From the NCBI GenBank assembly GCA_950097015.1, contig CATNEN010000033.1, positions 2,046,001 through 2,110,000 of the forward strand: a stretch of 64,000 bases of DNA, in the 5' to 3' direction. The notes beneath the pieces are model-generated. The model did no database searches. It was not told the origin of the DNA and saw nothing but the letters and a program-made list of their open reading frames with translations. Below are positions 46,330-59,910 of the stretch, in pieces; positions within the stretch are counted from its first letter, which is position 1, and the number at the start of each line of letters is the position of its first letter. This DNA comes from Macrostomum hystrix (taxonomy: Eukaryota; Animalia; Platyhelminthes). The translations under genes were made by a program, and so were the position numbers.

Positions 46330-47650
46330 TCCCCTGACTGTAATAGCCTCACTAACACTAATCCCTGACTGTAACAGCCTCACTAACACTAATCCCTGAC
46401 TGTAACAGCCTCACTAACACTAATCCCTGACTGTAACAGACTCACTAACACTAATCCCCTGATTAATCCCCTAAGCTCAAAGTACACTAATCCCTGACTG
46501 TAATAGCCTCACTAACACTAATCCCCTGACTGTAACAGCCTCACTAACACTAATCCCTGACTGTAATAGCCTCACTAACACTAATCCCTGACTGTAATAG
46601 CCTCACTAACACTAATCCCCTGACTGTAATAGCCTCACTAACACTAATCCCCTGACTGTAACAGCCTCACTAACACTAATCCCTGACTGTAATAGCCTCA
46701 CTAACACTAATCCCTGACTGTAATAGCCTCACTAACACTAATCCCCTGACTGTAACAGCCTCACTAACACTAATCCCCTGACTGTAACAGCCTCACTAAC
46801 ACTAATCCCTGACTGTAATAGCCTCACTAACACTAATCCCTGACTGTAACAGACACACTAACACTAATCCCCTGACTGTAACAGCCTCACTAACACTAAT
46901 CCCCTGACTGTAACAGACTCACTAACACTAATCCCTGACTGTAACAGACACACTAACACTAATCCCCTGACTGTAACAGCCTCACTAACACTAATCCCTG
47001 ACTGTAACAGACTCACTAACACTAATCCCTGACTGTAACAGACACACTAACACTAATCCCCTGATTAATCCCCTAAGCTCAAAGTACACTAATCCCTGAC
47101 TGTAACAGACTCACTAACACTAATCCCTGACTGTAACAGCCTCACTAACACTAATCCCTGACTGTAACAGACTCACTAACACTAATCCCTGACTGTAACA
47201 GACACACTAACACTAATCCCCTGACTGAAACAGACACACTAACACTAATCCCTGACTGTAACAGACACACTAACACTAATCCCCTGACTGTAACAGCCTC
47301 ACTAACACTAATCCCCTGACTGTAACAGCCTCACTAACACTAATCCCCTGACTGTAACAGACTCACTAACACTAATCCCTGACTGTAATAGCCTCACTAA
47401 CACTAATCCCCTGACTGTAACAGACTCACTAACACTAATCCCTGACTGTAACAGACTCACTAACACTAATCCCTGACTGTAACAGACTCACTAACACTAA
47501 TCCCCTGATTAATCCCCTAAGCTCAAAGTACACTAATCCCTGACTGTAACAGACACACTAACACTAATCCCCTGATTAATCCCCTAAGCTCAAAGTACAC
47601 TAATCCCTGACTGTAACAGCCTCACTAACAGTAATCCGCTGACTGTAACA
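46330..47650. repeat. 31/32-bp minisatellite (cactaacactaatccctgactgtaacagcct)
   Basis: About 40 copies, with a recurring ttaatcccctaagctcaaagta interruption at ~46460, 47065, 47510 and 47570. Confidence 0.97.
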
Positions 47651-48284
47651 GCCTTACTCACCGAAATTGAACAAACTAAGTTGGCCAAAGTCATGCAGAT
47701 AAAAATTTAAATTAATATGTCTTTTCAGGAAACACGATTTACGAGCAATTTTTTTGTACTTTTAGTTTCAGAAAAATTTTCATTGCAGTTAACAAAAATC
47801 TACAACTTCTGAAGTGACAACATTGGTCAGACAAAGCATGGAGTTGACAATGCTTTAGATTTTGGGGTGTGCAAATATTGTGATTATGCAATCAGTTACA
47901 AAATAGCTATGCATTGCCTGTAATCCATAAGTCACCGGAACGCTTAAACACTTTTCTCACCCGAATGAAGCAGTATTCTAATTATAATAATGCCAGATTG
48001 TGCATCCAATGTACATATATCGTATTTATACCCTATGTACATCAAAGTACTTCGTACACCCATCCTGCCATTTGTACTATCCCATGTACATTTGATTATT
48101 ACAGTTTAGCAGGTATAGTGCAATTTAATAACACAGAAAGCAGACAAAAGGGTTAACATTTGCCCAATAAGGATTCAATTGATTCAGCACAACACAATTT
48201 ACACATTATTATCCATAACACAAGCTAGACCTGCCCTCCGACCCCCTGCCATGTCTCTCCTTTGTAGGGATCTTTCTACCCCTC

Positions 48285-49135
48285 ATTGGGATCTGTCTCC
48301 CCTTCGTTGGGATCTGTCTCTCCTTCTTTGGGATCTGTCTCTCCTTCTTTGGGATCTGTCTCCACTTCTTTGGGATCTGTCTCCACTTCTTTGGGATCTG
48401 TCTCCACTTCTTTGGGATCTGTCTCCCCTTCTTTGGGATCTGTCTCCACTTCTTTGGGATCTGTCTCCACTTCGTTGGGATTTGTCTCCACTTCTTTGGG
48501 ATCTGTCTCCACTTCTTTGGGATCTGTCTCACTTCTTTGGGATCTGTCTCCACTTCTTTGGGATCTGTCTCACTTCTTTGGGATCTGTCTCCACTTCTTT
48601 GGGATCTGTCTCCACTTCTTTGGGATCTGTCTCCACTTCTTTGGGATCTGTCTCCACTTCTTTGGGATCTGTCTCCACTTCTTTGGGATCTGTCTCCCCT
48701 TCTTTGGAATCCGTCTCCCCTTCGTTGGGATTTGTCTCCACTTCTTTGGGATCTGTCTCCACTTCTTTGGGATCTGTCTCCACTTTTTTGGGATCTGTCT
48801 CCACTTCTTTGGGATCTGTCTCCACTTCTTTGGGATCTGTCTCCACTTCTTTGGGATCTGTCTCACTTCTTTGGGATCTGTCTCCACTTCTTTGGGATCT
48901 GTCTCCACTTATTTGGGATCTGTCTCCCCTTCTTTGGGATCTATCTCCCCTTCTTTGGGATCTGTCTCCACTTATTTGGGATCTGTCTCCCCTTCTTTGG
49001 GATCTGTCTCCCCTTCTTTGGGATCTGTCTCCACTTCCTTAGTATCTGCCTCCCCTTCGTTGGGATCTGTCTCCCCTTCGGTGGGATATTTCTCCTCTTC
49101 GGTGGGATATTTCTCATCTTCGTTGGGATCTTTCT
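48285..49135. repeat. 21-bp minisatellite (gggatctgtctccacttcttt)
   Basis: About 40 copies just downstream of the GPCR stop codon. Confidence 0.97.
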
Positions 49136-49285
49136 CTCCTTACAAGTCCTGGTCTTACAAGTTACTCATCCATCCACTATACTAAAAATGAAAAAAATTA
49201 TGACAAATAAAGTGAGGGACCATTCTGGCCACGGTTTCAATACATTTTGGGGGAAATGTAGCTCGTGAAAAGTTTTGTTACTCCC

Positions 49286-49325
49286 TCACTGAAAGCGAAG
49301 TTGCTTTCTGACACTGCTGGGAATC

Positions 49326-49361
<36 letters not shown>

Positions 49362-52300
49362 CGTCTCTGCAGCGATCCGTCACCATTGCAGTAGTGCTGC
49401 TGCAGGGTGGAGTTCAGCCGGCCAACGGGCCGCTGAGTCATGAGCAGCACCTGGCGGGTCTGGCTGCGGTCCGAGTCGGACTCGAAGCGGACAACCCGAG
49501 CCGGCGGCTTCGGCCGGCGCCGAATCGCGTAGATCATGTTGCGGCGGAAGTTGCGGCTCCACACGCAATAGATGAAGAAGTTCACGGCCGAGTTCACCAG
49601 GGTCAGCAGCGTCGCCAACGAGTAAAAGTACGAATAGAACCAGGTGCCCTTTTCAAACGAAGTGTCCAGCAGGACGTGCCAGACAGCGCCCGGCGTCTCC
49701 GTGCCGACGAACACGGCGATGATGACCACAAGCATCTTGGTGTCTTCGGTGCGCCGGGTCGCTTCCCTGGTGATGGCTGCCCGGATCTTTGAGGCCACCA
49801 GCAGGCTGCGGATGAGGAGAACGTTGAACACGAGCAGCCACAGCACCGGGCCGACAGACAGGAAGGCCAGGTACATGATCTTCTTGTACACCAGCATGTA
49901 GGCGTCACCGAAGCGCTCAGGCATAGCCTTGATGCCCAGCACAGGCGGGCAGCCCTCCTGCTCCAGGCTGAACTCAAAGAGCAGCGGCGCGTTATAAATC
50001 AGAGCTAGGGCAGCGGCGCCGCTGGCGTACATCCGAGATCGTCGCGGGTTGCTGCGCCGGCTGGACAGGAAGGGATTCTGCACCACCATGAAGCGGTCCA
50101 GGGCCACTATCAGGATGACCCAGTTCCTGCCGGTGCGGGCCACGCTGCCGAGGTACCAGATTATCGGCAGGGCCGTCTGCACCACCGGCTGCGTGTTCAG
50201 CAACGCCTGGAGCGAGGAGCCATCAGATGTTCGCAGCAGGACGCCAAGACCCATGTACACCACCGTGTAGGGAGCCGACAGCGAGATGAACACCATATCG
50301 ACTGTGGGCGGTGTGGTCGGATCGAGAGGTTCTTGACCGTCTGTGGGCAAAGTCTCTGGACCGACTGATCACACCCCAGTCTGTTGGTTAGGCTCTGATC
50401 ACACCCCAGTCTGTTTGTTAGGCTCTGATCACACCCCAGTCTGTTGGTTAGGCTCTGATCACACCCCAGTCTGTTTGTTAGGCTCTGATCACACCCCAGT
50501 CAATTGGTTAGGCTGTGATCACACCCCAGTCTGTTGGTTAGGCTGTGATCACACCCCAGTCAGTTGGTTAGGCTCTGATCACACCCAGTCAGTTAGGCTC
50601 TGATCACACCCCAGTCAGTTGGTTAGGCTCTGATCACACCCCAGTCTGTTGGTTAGGCTCTGATCACACCCCAGTCAGTTGTTTAGGCTGTGATCACACC
50701 CCAGTCTGTTGGTTAGGCTCTGATCACACCCAGTCAGTTAGGCTCTGATCACACCCCAGTCAGTTGTTTAGGCTGTGATCACACCCCAGTCTGTTTGTTA
50801 GGCTCTGATCACACCCAGTCAGTTAGGCTCTGATCACACCCCAGTCTGTTGGTTAGGCTCTGATCACACCCCAGTCTGTTGGATAGGCTCTGATCACACC
50901 CCAGTCAGTTAGGCTCTGATCACACCCCAGTCAGTTAGGCTCTGATCACACCCCAGTCAGTTAGGCTCTGATCACACCCCAGTCAATTGGTTAGGCTCTG
51001 ATCACACCCCAGTCAATTGGTTAGGCTCTGATCACACCCCAGTCTGTTGGTTAGGCTCTGATCACACCCCAGTCTGTTGGTTAGGCTCTGATCACACCCC
51101 AGTCTGTTGGTTAGGCTCTGATCACACCCAGTCAGTTAGGCTCTGATCACACCCCAGTCAGTTAGGCTCTGATCACACCCCAGTCAGTTGGTTAGGCTGT
51201 GATCATACCCCAGTCTGTTTGTTAGGCTCTGATCACACCCCAGTCAGTTAGGCTCTGATCACACCCCAGTCAGTTAGGCTCTGATCACACCCCAGTCAGT
51301 TAGGCTCTGATCACACCCCAGTCAGTTAGGCTCTGATCACACCCCAGTCAATTGGTTAGGCTCTGATCACACCCCAGTCAATTGGTTAGGCTCTGATCAC
51401 ACCCCAGTCTGTTGGTTAGGCTCTGATCACACCCCAGTCTGTTGGTTAGGCTCTGATCACACCCCAGTCTGTTGGTTAGGCTCTGATCACACCCAGTCAG
51501 TTAGGCTCTGATCACACCCCAGTCAGTTAGGCTCTGATCACACCCCAGTCAGTTGGTTAGGCTGTGATCATACCCCAGTCTGTTTGTTAGGCTCTGATCA
51601 CACCCCAGTCTGTTGGTTAGGCTCTGATCACACCCCAGTCTGTTTGTTAGGCTGTGATCACACCCCAGTCTGTTTGTTAGGCTGTGATCACACCCCAGTC
51701 TGTTGGTTAGGCTGTGATCACACCCCAGTCAGTTGGTTAGGCTGTGATCACACCCCAGTCTGTTTGTTAGGCTGTGATCACACCCCAGTCTGTTGGTTAG
51801 GCTGTGATCACACCCCAGTCTGTTTGTTAGGCTGTGATCACACCCCAGTCTGTTTGTTAGGCTGTGATCACACCCCAGTCTGTTTTTTAGGCTCTGATCA
51901 CACCCCAGTCTGTTTGTTAGGCTGTGATCACACCCCAGTCTGTTGGTTTGGCTCTGATCACCCTGATCACACCCACAAGGTATTTTCGGACTGCAGAGAC
52001 AAGATGGAGGAGGCTAGAGGCGGGTAGTTACACAAATTCAGTTCGCTCATACTCTCGCGGATGCACTAAAACTAGCGAGAGCTGCTGTGGCCAGTCAAAG
52101 GCTCCTTTGAAGGCTCTAATTAAGCAGCTGCATCTCTCGTGTGCCCCTTTGAAGCAGTGAAATCCTTTGACATTGTCACACCTTGGATGAAAGCACTAAA
52201 GAGGTCTAGCTTTAAGAGGTGCCACTTTCCATTTTAGGTAATGAAGTCGAGATGCAAATCCTAATGAAAAAAAACTTGTGACACTTTGATAGCCGTCAAA

Positions 52301-55300
52301 TTTTGATAGCTCGTACGATGGAAAACAATAGATTTATTCGCTCAGTATTTTGCTAGGTTGGCAAGATTATTGATTGCTCTCTAACTCCGTAATTATTTAC
52401 AGATTAGTCAAAAAATGGCGAATGCGCAAATAACGAAAGGACACAGAAGGACAAGCTTGAATGACGAGAAAATATTGCAAAGAATGCGAGATGCGAAAGT
52501 CGAAGGGGCCGCAAAAGATGAACAAAAACGAACAGGCAGCAGCTGCATGGCAACAGCTGCCTGGCCTCCTCCCAGCTGCGTGAAATTTCTTGCAATGGGC
52601 GCTCCCCCCCCCACCCAGAGACAAGAAGGAGGAGGCTAACGGCGCGGGGGAGGGAAAACTTGGCCAATACTCGGTGCCCTCCACACCGACTGTCCAGGTG
52701 CTGCAGTTTGGGGCTCAGCTGCTGCACTTAACGTGTTTTGTAATTCAACCAAGCTTTCAGTGCACTCAGTTTCTCATCCAGTATCTTTTCTACGAGTTAT
52801 ACTGTAGACACGATGATTTACCTATTACATACAATAATCTACCTGTTAGATATGATAATCAACCCGTTAGACACGATAATGCACCTGTTAGATACGATAG
52901 TATACCTGTTAGGCACAATAATTTACATGTTACCCACAATCATCTACATGTTAGATATGATAATCTATCTGTTAGACACTATAATCTACCTGTTAGACAC
53001 GATGATTTACCTGTTAGACACTATAATCTACCTGTTAGATATGATAATCTATCTGTTAGACACTATAATCTACCTGTTAGATATGATAATCTACCTGTTA
53101 GATATGATAATCCACCTGTTAGATTTGATAGTCCACCTGCTAGACTTGTCATCACAAATGTCATTCTTCTGTCGATTTTGAATGATTGCATCCGCATCAG
53201 CAAAGCGGAAACATCCTCAGTGCTTCTACGCCATGTTTCAAATAGTTTTCCATTTTCATCAGCTGCTCATGCAGGCTCTCAATTAGCTTATTGTGCTCAT
53301 CGCAATTTGGCATTGCAGGGCAGCCAACGCTGGCCCGATTTAATTATTAAAATTATTCCCATCTCAATGAGCTAGGATTCCACTGCACTCCACTCCGATG
53401 GCTTCTCGGTGCGATGCCGCTGAGCCCATACTTGTCCAGCTACTCAGGTAGGTAGGCCTTGGTCTGCCTGTGCGGCCTAGCCTCAATAAGCCTTTTCTCT
53501 TAGGCCCTGCCCGCAATGAGGATTGGCTCAACTGTCACTCGCGAGTCTGCCTGACTGTTTTCGCGCTGCACTGTGCCGCATCATGGTGCGCGAGGGATGG
53601 AGTTGGAGAAAGGGAGATGCAGCGGAGAAGGAGAAAAACCAAGGGGAGAAATACATGGGGAGAATCAGGAAGAGAGATGGGAGAATCGGGAAGGGAGAGA
53701 TGAGGGGAAAATGAAGGAGAAGAGAGGGAGAATCAGGGAGAAGAGAGGGAGAATCAGAGGGAAAAGAGATGGGAGAATCAGGGGGAAGAGAGATGGGAGA
53801 ATCAGGGGGAAGAGATGGGAGAATCAGGGGGAAGAGATGGGAGAATCAGAGGGAAAAGAGATGGGAGAATCAGGGGGAAGAGATGGGAGAATCAGGGGGA
53901 AGAGATGGGAGAATCGGGGGGAAGAGATGGGAGAATCGGGGGGAAGAGATGGGAAAATGGGGAGGAAGAGATGGGAGAATCAGGGGGAAGAGATGGGAAA
54001 ATCGGGGGGAAGAGATGGGAAAATCGGGGGGAAGTGATGGGAGAATCAGGAGAAGAGAGGGGGGAGAATCAGGCAGTTAAAAGAGAGGGGAGAATTAGGG
54101 GGAGTAAAAGAGGAGAATTAGGTGATGAAACTCAGGCTTTATCTCTTCCCTTTAACACCCAGTCTGACTCCAGTGTATGAAAGTATGGCAACATTTTTCC
54201 TAGTTTATCCCCTACTGGCTAGGGCTTGAGCAGCGGCTGTCTCCAGAGGATTATTTTGGGATTATATAGGGATTAGACCATTGATCCATTAAAAAATACA
54301 AGGCCAAGATAGCCAAAATGTTTTTGCTTGTGGTTTTTCAAAATAATTTTACTTTTTCAATGTTTTTTTGCCCCGCATTGCCGTCTGAAACGGACGCATT
54401 TTCTGAGATGCCACCAGCTCAGTCCTTTAGCGGTAAATTGCAGCCAAAGCAGCGCATTGGAAGCGAGAATTGAGAGTCCTCATCCAATGACGCACTCGGG
54501 TGTCTAAATAAGTGCAGACGGTGCGTCAGGGCGTCCGCCCTTCAAAGTCAAGTGCGCGAGTAGCAGCGCATTGATTGAAGCTCTGCTCAATCCCCTGAGA
54601 TCCCTTCATTAAAATTTGTCTTTGAGGATCTTCTTGTAGATTTCAGATTTTATTTTTTCGTCCGCGGAGGTTTAGGAAACGAGAATGAAAATCGTCAGGC
54701 GCTGCTCAGTGATTTCTGGGAACAGCGGCCACAGCCAGTTTCCGCACCTGCGAACCGAACCAGGATGTCTGTTCTCGGTTTCCATGGCAACGCCGATTCG
54801 TGTCCTTTTTTCCTCTCATTCCCGAAGAGATTTCGTAGGAAAACAATAAAATTTGCTTTCAAACATGGAAAAAGTTGACTGCATGCGTGAAGCGCGATAC
54901 AACTCATGTTGTCTCCCATCGAGTGGGGATCAAGCAATTTTCATCCTCTAAATTTGGGAAGTATATGTTTTTCTCTGAAACTAATTTTAGGCAGGACTTT
55001 AGGCAGGAATTAGGATGGAATTGGAAATTCAACTTGCTGCAAATTTCTGCTTCAATGATCTCTTTTCCTAGGCCACCGCCGCCGCCCCTGCTGCTGCTAG
55101 CTCCGAAAACTGGGAGAAATATCCCCCCGAGAATTCACCCACAGAAAAGGGGAAATATAAGACAGCATGGGAAAAAAACTTCTTGACTGTCTGCCCCAGG
55201 CAAATTGTGTGCTTTGTGGACAGACATACAGACAGATCGGTGGGACAGACAGGCAGATCGGTGGGACAGACAGACAGATCGGTGGGACAGACAGACAGAT

Positions 55301-56098
55301 CGGTAGGACTGACAGACAGATCGGCGGGAAAGGCAGACAGATCGGTGGGACAGACAGACAGATCGGTGGGACAGACAGACAGATCAGTGGCACAGACAGG
55401 CAGATCGGTGGGACTGACAGACAGATCGGTGGGACAGACAGGCAGATCGGTGGGACAGACAGATCAGTGGCACAGACAGGCAGATCGGTGGGACAGACAG
55501 ACAGATCGGTGGGCTTTGACAGACAGATCGGTGGGACTGACAGACAGATCGGTGGGACTGACAGACAGATCGGTGGGACAGACAGGCAGATCGGTGGGAC
55601 TGACAGACAGATCGGTGGGACAGACAGGCAGATCGGTGGGACAGACAGACAGATCGGTGGGACAGACAGGCAGATCGGTGGGACAGACAGACAGATCAGT
55701 GGCACAGACAGGCAGATCGGTGGGACAGACAGACAGATCGGTGGGACAGACAGACTGGCTGATTGGTGCTAGAGACAGGAATTTTAATGAGATTTCAAAT
55801 CATGTTTAAATCCTCAGAATCGTCCTGACTCACAGATTGAGAGCGCCAGTAGGAGAACACTCATCGAAGACTTTCTGACATCTCGCTTGAGCACAACAAT
55901 GGACAGAGCATTGAGTAGAACTCCCATGACTGAGATGATGGACGAAAGCGCCACGTCCGTCACGAGGATGAAAGTCCTCTCTGCTGTGCTGAAGGACTCG
56001 TTGGCGCCGTTTGGCACGCAGGCATTCGTCAGCAGCAGGCTGGTGTCGTTGAACTCAATCAGCGACTCGACGGTCGCACTGACTGGCGTTGGTTTCAT
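49286..56098 (-). CDS. Class A (rhodopsin-like) peptide GPCR, FMRFamide-receptor-like, 2 exons, ~426 aa
   Basis: Exon 1 56098-55834 (MKPTPV..., N-glycosylation sites, TM1 GVLLN, TM2 start LALSI-T|gtgagt). Exon 2 50301-49286 (cag|TC-GAT, giving LALSIFDMVF). LDRF, YNAPLLFE, FLSVGP, VFVGTETP, NSAVNFFIY; poly-Gln C-tail. 5.5-kb intron. Confidence 0.9.
50365..51960. repeat. 30-bp minisatellite (tgatcacaccccagtctgttggttaggctc) in the GPCR intron
   Basis: About 55 copies, with 25/26-bp variants. Confidence 0.97.
52820..53140. repeat. 21-bp degenerate minisatellite (ataatctacctgttagatatg)
   Basis: About 15 copies. Confidence 0.9.
53660..54070. repeat. 22-bp purine-rich minisatellite (gggggaagagatgggagaatca)
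   Basis: About 17 copies in the GPCR intron. Confidence 0.93.
55225..55757. repeat. 21-bp minisatellite (gacagacagacagatcggtgg)
   Basis: About 25 copies, ending ~75 bp from the GPCR exon 1 donor. Confidence 0.95.
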
Positions 56099-56419
56099 CG
56101 AGAACAGGATAAGCTGCTCAGTGAAAAAGCGCAGATAAAACGCGATGGCAAGCCTGGCTTCCGGCAGCAGCTTTCTAGGAAATGCGGTAAAATATCCCCC
56201 ACATTTAACACTCTGTCCCCTCCGACCTGTGCCAACCCCAACAACCCCAGCCAGCCAATCAGAGCTCAGCTGCATCGGGCACTTGATTCTCATCCGTTTC
56301 TTAGAAAATTCGGGTAGGAAACATCGCTGCGCCATCTTTTTGTTCTGTCCTTCTCTTTCGATTTGTTTTAGCAGAAAGAAGAAACAAACTAGATTATATT
56401 GAAATCAGGGCGCTTAATT

Positions 56420-56562
56420 ACCTGTTTAATCCTCTTTCATATCTTCTGTTAGGTGAGCAGAAGTACTAAGTGTCTTGCTCGAGGACGCAAACTGACTCTC
56501 ACTGGGGCTGAGAATCGAACTCGCGACCTTTCAGTCAGAAGTCCGAAGTTGAGCCGGTATCT
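56420..56562 (-). mobile_element. tRNA-derived SINE fragment
   Basis: Minus strand: B-box GAGTTCGATTCT (56511-56522) followed by GTCCTCGAGCAAGACACTTA (56467-56486), resembling the conserved GTCCTTGAGCAAGACACTTA central motif of widespread metazoan SINE superfamilies. Confidence 0.6.
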
Positions 56563-57599
56563 AAGCGTGCTCTATAAGAAAGCAGTTTTAATTAGGATTT
56601 AGTAATTTAGTTCACACCTAAGTCTGTAAGGGGACCCGGTGTGAGACTGTGCTCAAACAATCTGACTGAGTGAATTCAATCCACATGAAGTGGCCGTTCG
56701 CACTGCTGCCTTGGCTGCTAATTGTTTGTTCGACAGAAGAAAAACGGGACCGGCTCTCTGTAAGCAATTAGGGGGGGCCGAAAAAAAAATCCTTCACTTT
56801 TTCCTACCCCGTGGCGAGCCAGCCAGGCGGTCGCGAAATTCTCAGCTAGTTCAAGCTGTCAGCCTCTCGACATCGGGTTGGAATGCGGCAGGCAGGGCCG
56901 TATTTTTAGCTCCTGGCCGGGTTAACTGATTGCGCGCAGTTTGGCATTCCAAGCCAGGAAAGCAGAACTACAAAAATGTGTTCTGTTTTGTAATTCGAAA
57001 AGCAGAAAAGAAGGAAGATAAGCTAGGAAAGAGCCAGGGCTTGTGATTGAAATCGACTGAACTCAAAGTAAACCATCAAACCCTCCTGCTTGGCAAGAAA
57101 AATAATTCGCCATCATGCCAATATGAGCAGTGACGGGATTAGCAAATTTATCCCCTTTTGGGATCTTCCGGCTGCCGGTGGGCGTAAGTGAGTGAGAGGC
57201 AGCTGCACGCAATAAATTCTTCCCATTTGGCATTCGAGATTCCCCATTGTAATCCCCCCCCGAACTAACATATTGGCGAGAGTGAAATCCTCAAAAACCG
57301 CCCTGGGGAGTTCAGGAGCCACTCCGGACTCCAGTCCCGCTTCCTGGAATCTTCCCCGCCAGAATTTCCTATTCGATGAAGTCACGGAAGCTGCGATGCA
57401 GATGCCTTCAATAAATTTTTTGTTAAGACAGAAACAATCTCAAAGCCTCATCATTCGTTTTTCAATCACGTACCGTTCATTTAGCTGCTTGCAATAAATT
57501 ATTAGATTTTAATTCCTCTACCGTTCGCTTTAGGTTCCAACCCCTACTCCAGCTCTCTACCCCACATCTACTCTCTCTCTATTCCACGTTTAATCTCTT

Positions 57600-58010
57600 C
57601 CCTCCACTTCCACTCTCTCTACTCCACTTCCGCCCTCTCTACCTCACTTCCCCCCTCTCTACCCCACTTCCACTATCTCTAACCCACTTCCACTATCTCT
57701 ACCGCACTTCCACCCTCTCTACCCCACTTCCACCCTCTCTACCCCACTTCCACCCTCTCTACCCCACTTCCACTATCTCTAACCCACTTCCACCCTCTCT
57801 ACCCCACTTCCACTATCTCTAACCCACTTCCACCCTCTCTACCGCACTTCCACCCTCTCTACTCCACTTCCACCCTCTCTACCCCACTTCCACCCTCTCT
57901 ACTCCACTTCCACCCTCTCTACCCCACTTCCACCCTCTTTACCCCACTTCCACTGTCTCTACCACACTTCCACCCTCTCTACTCCATTTCCACTCTCACT
58001 AAATCCACTT
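57600..58010. repeat. 20-bp pyrimidine-rich minisatellite (ccacttccaccctctctacc)
   Basis: About 20 copies. Confidence 0.95.
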
Positions 58011-58677
58011 CCACCCTGTCTACTCTACCTGGCTTACCCAATTTCAGCTCCGAGTATTTCTATTCCCCAGCCTAACAGATAATCTATCGCCCACGCTTAC
58101 CTTTGCCTCCAAAGCATTGCACCTTGTAATCAGCCTCAGATACGAGTGATACCAAATTTACATCGTATGGCTTGGGAAAAACAAGGAATAATTCTGCTTC
58201 CTCCCCTTTTGAGTCCTGAATTGTCACAGCATGCAAAAAGCAAGCATATTGTTTTTTTGTCTTCCACTGTCAATCAAATGCAGAATGAGCTGCTCAAGCA
58301 TTCTCACCAGCAGCTACTAACATATGCCAGCTCACCACGGCTTTGTCCTGCCTGCATTTCATGCATCAGGGCAGTTGGCGTGACAGTAGAGCAGCAAGCC
58401 ATTGGCTCAGACACCGGACCTCCAGCCCGAAGCAGTCGAGCAAGACGGCACCTGCAAATCTTCTTTCCAACACTGCGCTGGCACTGGCTGTTATGCTCAG
58501 CTGTTCAGGCCCAGCTCAGAGGCGGAACAGATCTTGGACACTGGTGTTTTCTGGAAAATAAGGATTACCTACTGTAGAGGACTCCCGGCAGTCAAGTAAT
58601 CTCAGCCCTAGAGCAGTTTAATCTTCTTAGGCACACATTAAATATCTGCTCTTCAAAATAAGCTCTGCTCTCTTCCT

Positions 58678-58985
58678 TACCCAGCATCCGCTCTCTCCCC
58701 ACCCAGCATCCGCTCTCTCCCCACCCAGCATCCGCTCTCTCCCCACCCAGCATCCGCTCTCTCCCCACCCAGCATCCGCTCTCTCCCCACCCAGCATCCG
58801 CTCTCTCCCCACCCAGCATCCGCTCTCTCCCCACCCAGCATCCGCTCTCTCCCCACCCAGCATCCGCTCTCTCCCTATCCAGCATCCGCTCTCTCCCTTC
58901 ACAGCCTCCGCTCTCCCATTCCGCTCTCTCCCTATCCAGCATCTGCTCTCTCCCTATCCAGCCTCCGCTCTCCCCATCCGCTCTG
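58678..58985. repeat. 22-bp minisatellite (cccagcatccgctctctcccca)
   Basis: About 13 copies. Confidence 0.95.
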
Positions 58986-59349
58986 TCATCAGAAATTTAA
59001 TGAGATTCCGTCATCATCTGGCCCCCTGCGGTCTCAGTCTATTTAATGGAGGGCCCGAAAGCACGATTCAGATTCTATAGCACAGCCATTATAGCCAGCT
59101 GAAGAAAATTTTACTTATCTGACAATAATCTAAACATGCTTGCCTAGAAAGTGCTGGGCATAAAGCCAGATTGTTGTGAATCACATTAGGCAAACATGCC
59201 GGCAGCCAGCTGACTGAACATCCATAGCTGTTTGCCCTTAACCGCGATGCAATTCAAGCCACATCTAATAAACTGTTATAATTAAACAGGAGCTCTGGGC
59301 TGCTGAACCTGTGTGATGTATCGCTTTTCAACTAACTAGATATCGGTCT

Positions 59350-59910
59350 GCACAATTAATAAGTGCACAGTAAACACGGGAAGAAAATCCCCATGTCAAT
59401 ATACTTATCTTGCAGATAATATAGAACGGCACAAGGGCATTCGCCTGTGAACTTTAAGGCATAGTTATTCGACGTTAGTCTTTCGATGTACTAAAAACTG
59501 GTCAGGTAATAAATTCCAAAACCCTGGAGATAGATTCAGCCACGCCATGGCTCCGGGCTTTCTAGATTTGTGGGATTCTGTTGGGAGTTCACTGACTAAA
59601 GCGGCTCTGGCCTACAAGGGCGCGCGGTTTTGTCATTAAAACTAAGGTTGGAGTAATGTATAGCTAATATATACTACAGCTATAAGTTATGGCAATTCCT
59701 CAATTACATCATGCAGGTGAGTTACATTCAAATTTATTAAAAATTGTGCTCATTTTTTTGAAACGGATGTTTAAGGACTTCTAGAAAAGCTTTTCACATA
59801 GACTTATCATTAGGATATTGAGGCATGTTTATGATCCCCATACGAAGTAAACCACACAGGAATGCCTTCTTGCACATCGCCCTCTTCTCCAGTTCTAGGC
59901 TCTGGTAAGA
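59350..59910 (-). pseudogene. Degenerate piggyBac/PGBD-like transposase remnant
   Basis: Hand translation gives KAFLCGLLRMGIINMPQ...HLHD...LKFTG...KYIDMGIFFPCLLC with stops and frameshifts, resembling piggyBac AFxGLLxxMG, LHF and FKGR-type motifs. Confidence 0.35.

Noticed and set aside
1480-50270. Antisense ORFs over real exons (e.g. 2232-2714, 22313-23309, 35280-35660, 49265-49792)
   Set aside because: They are shadows of GC-rich coding sequence on the opposite strand.
56099-56335. Longer GPCR N-terminus from the upstream open frame
   Set aside because: The frame is open, but the sequence looks like low-information UTR; ATG 56098 gives a typical glycosylated N-terminus. The true start needs transcript data.
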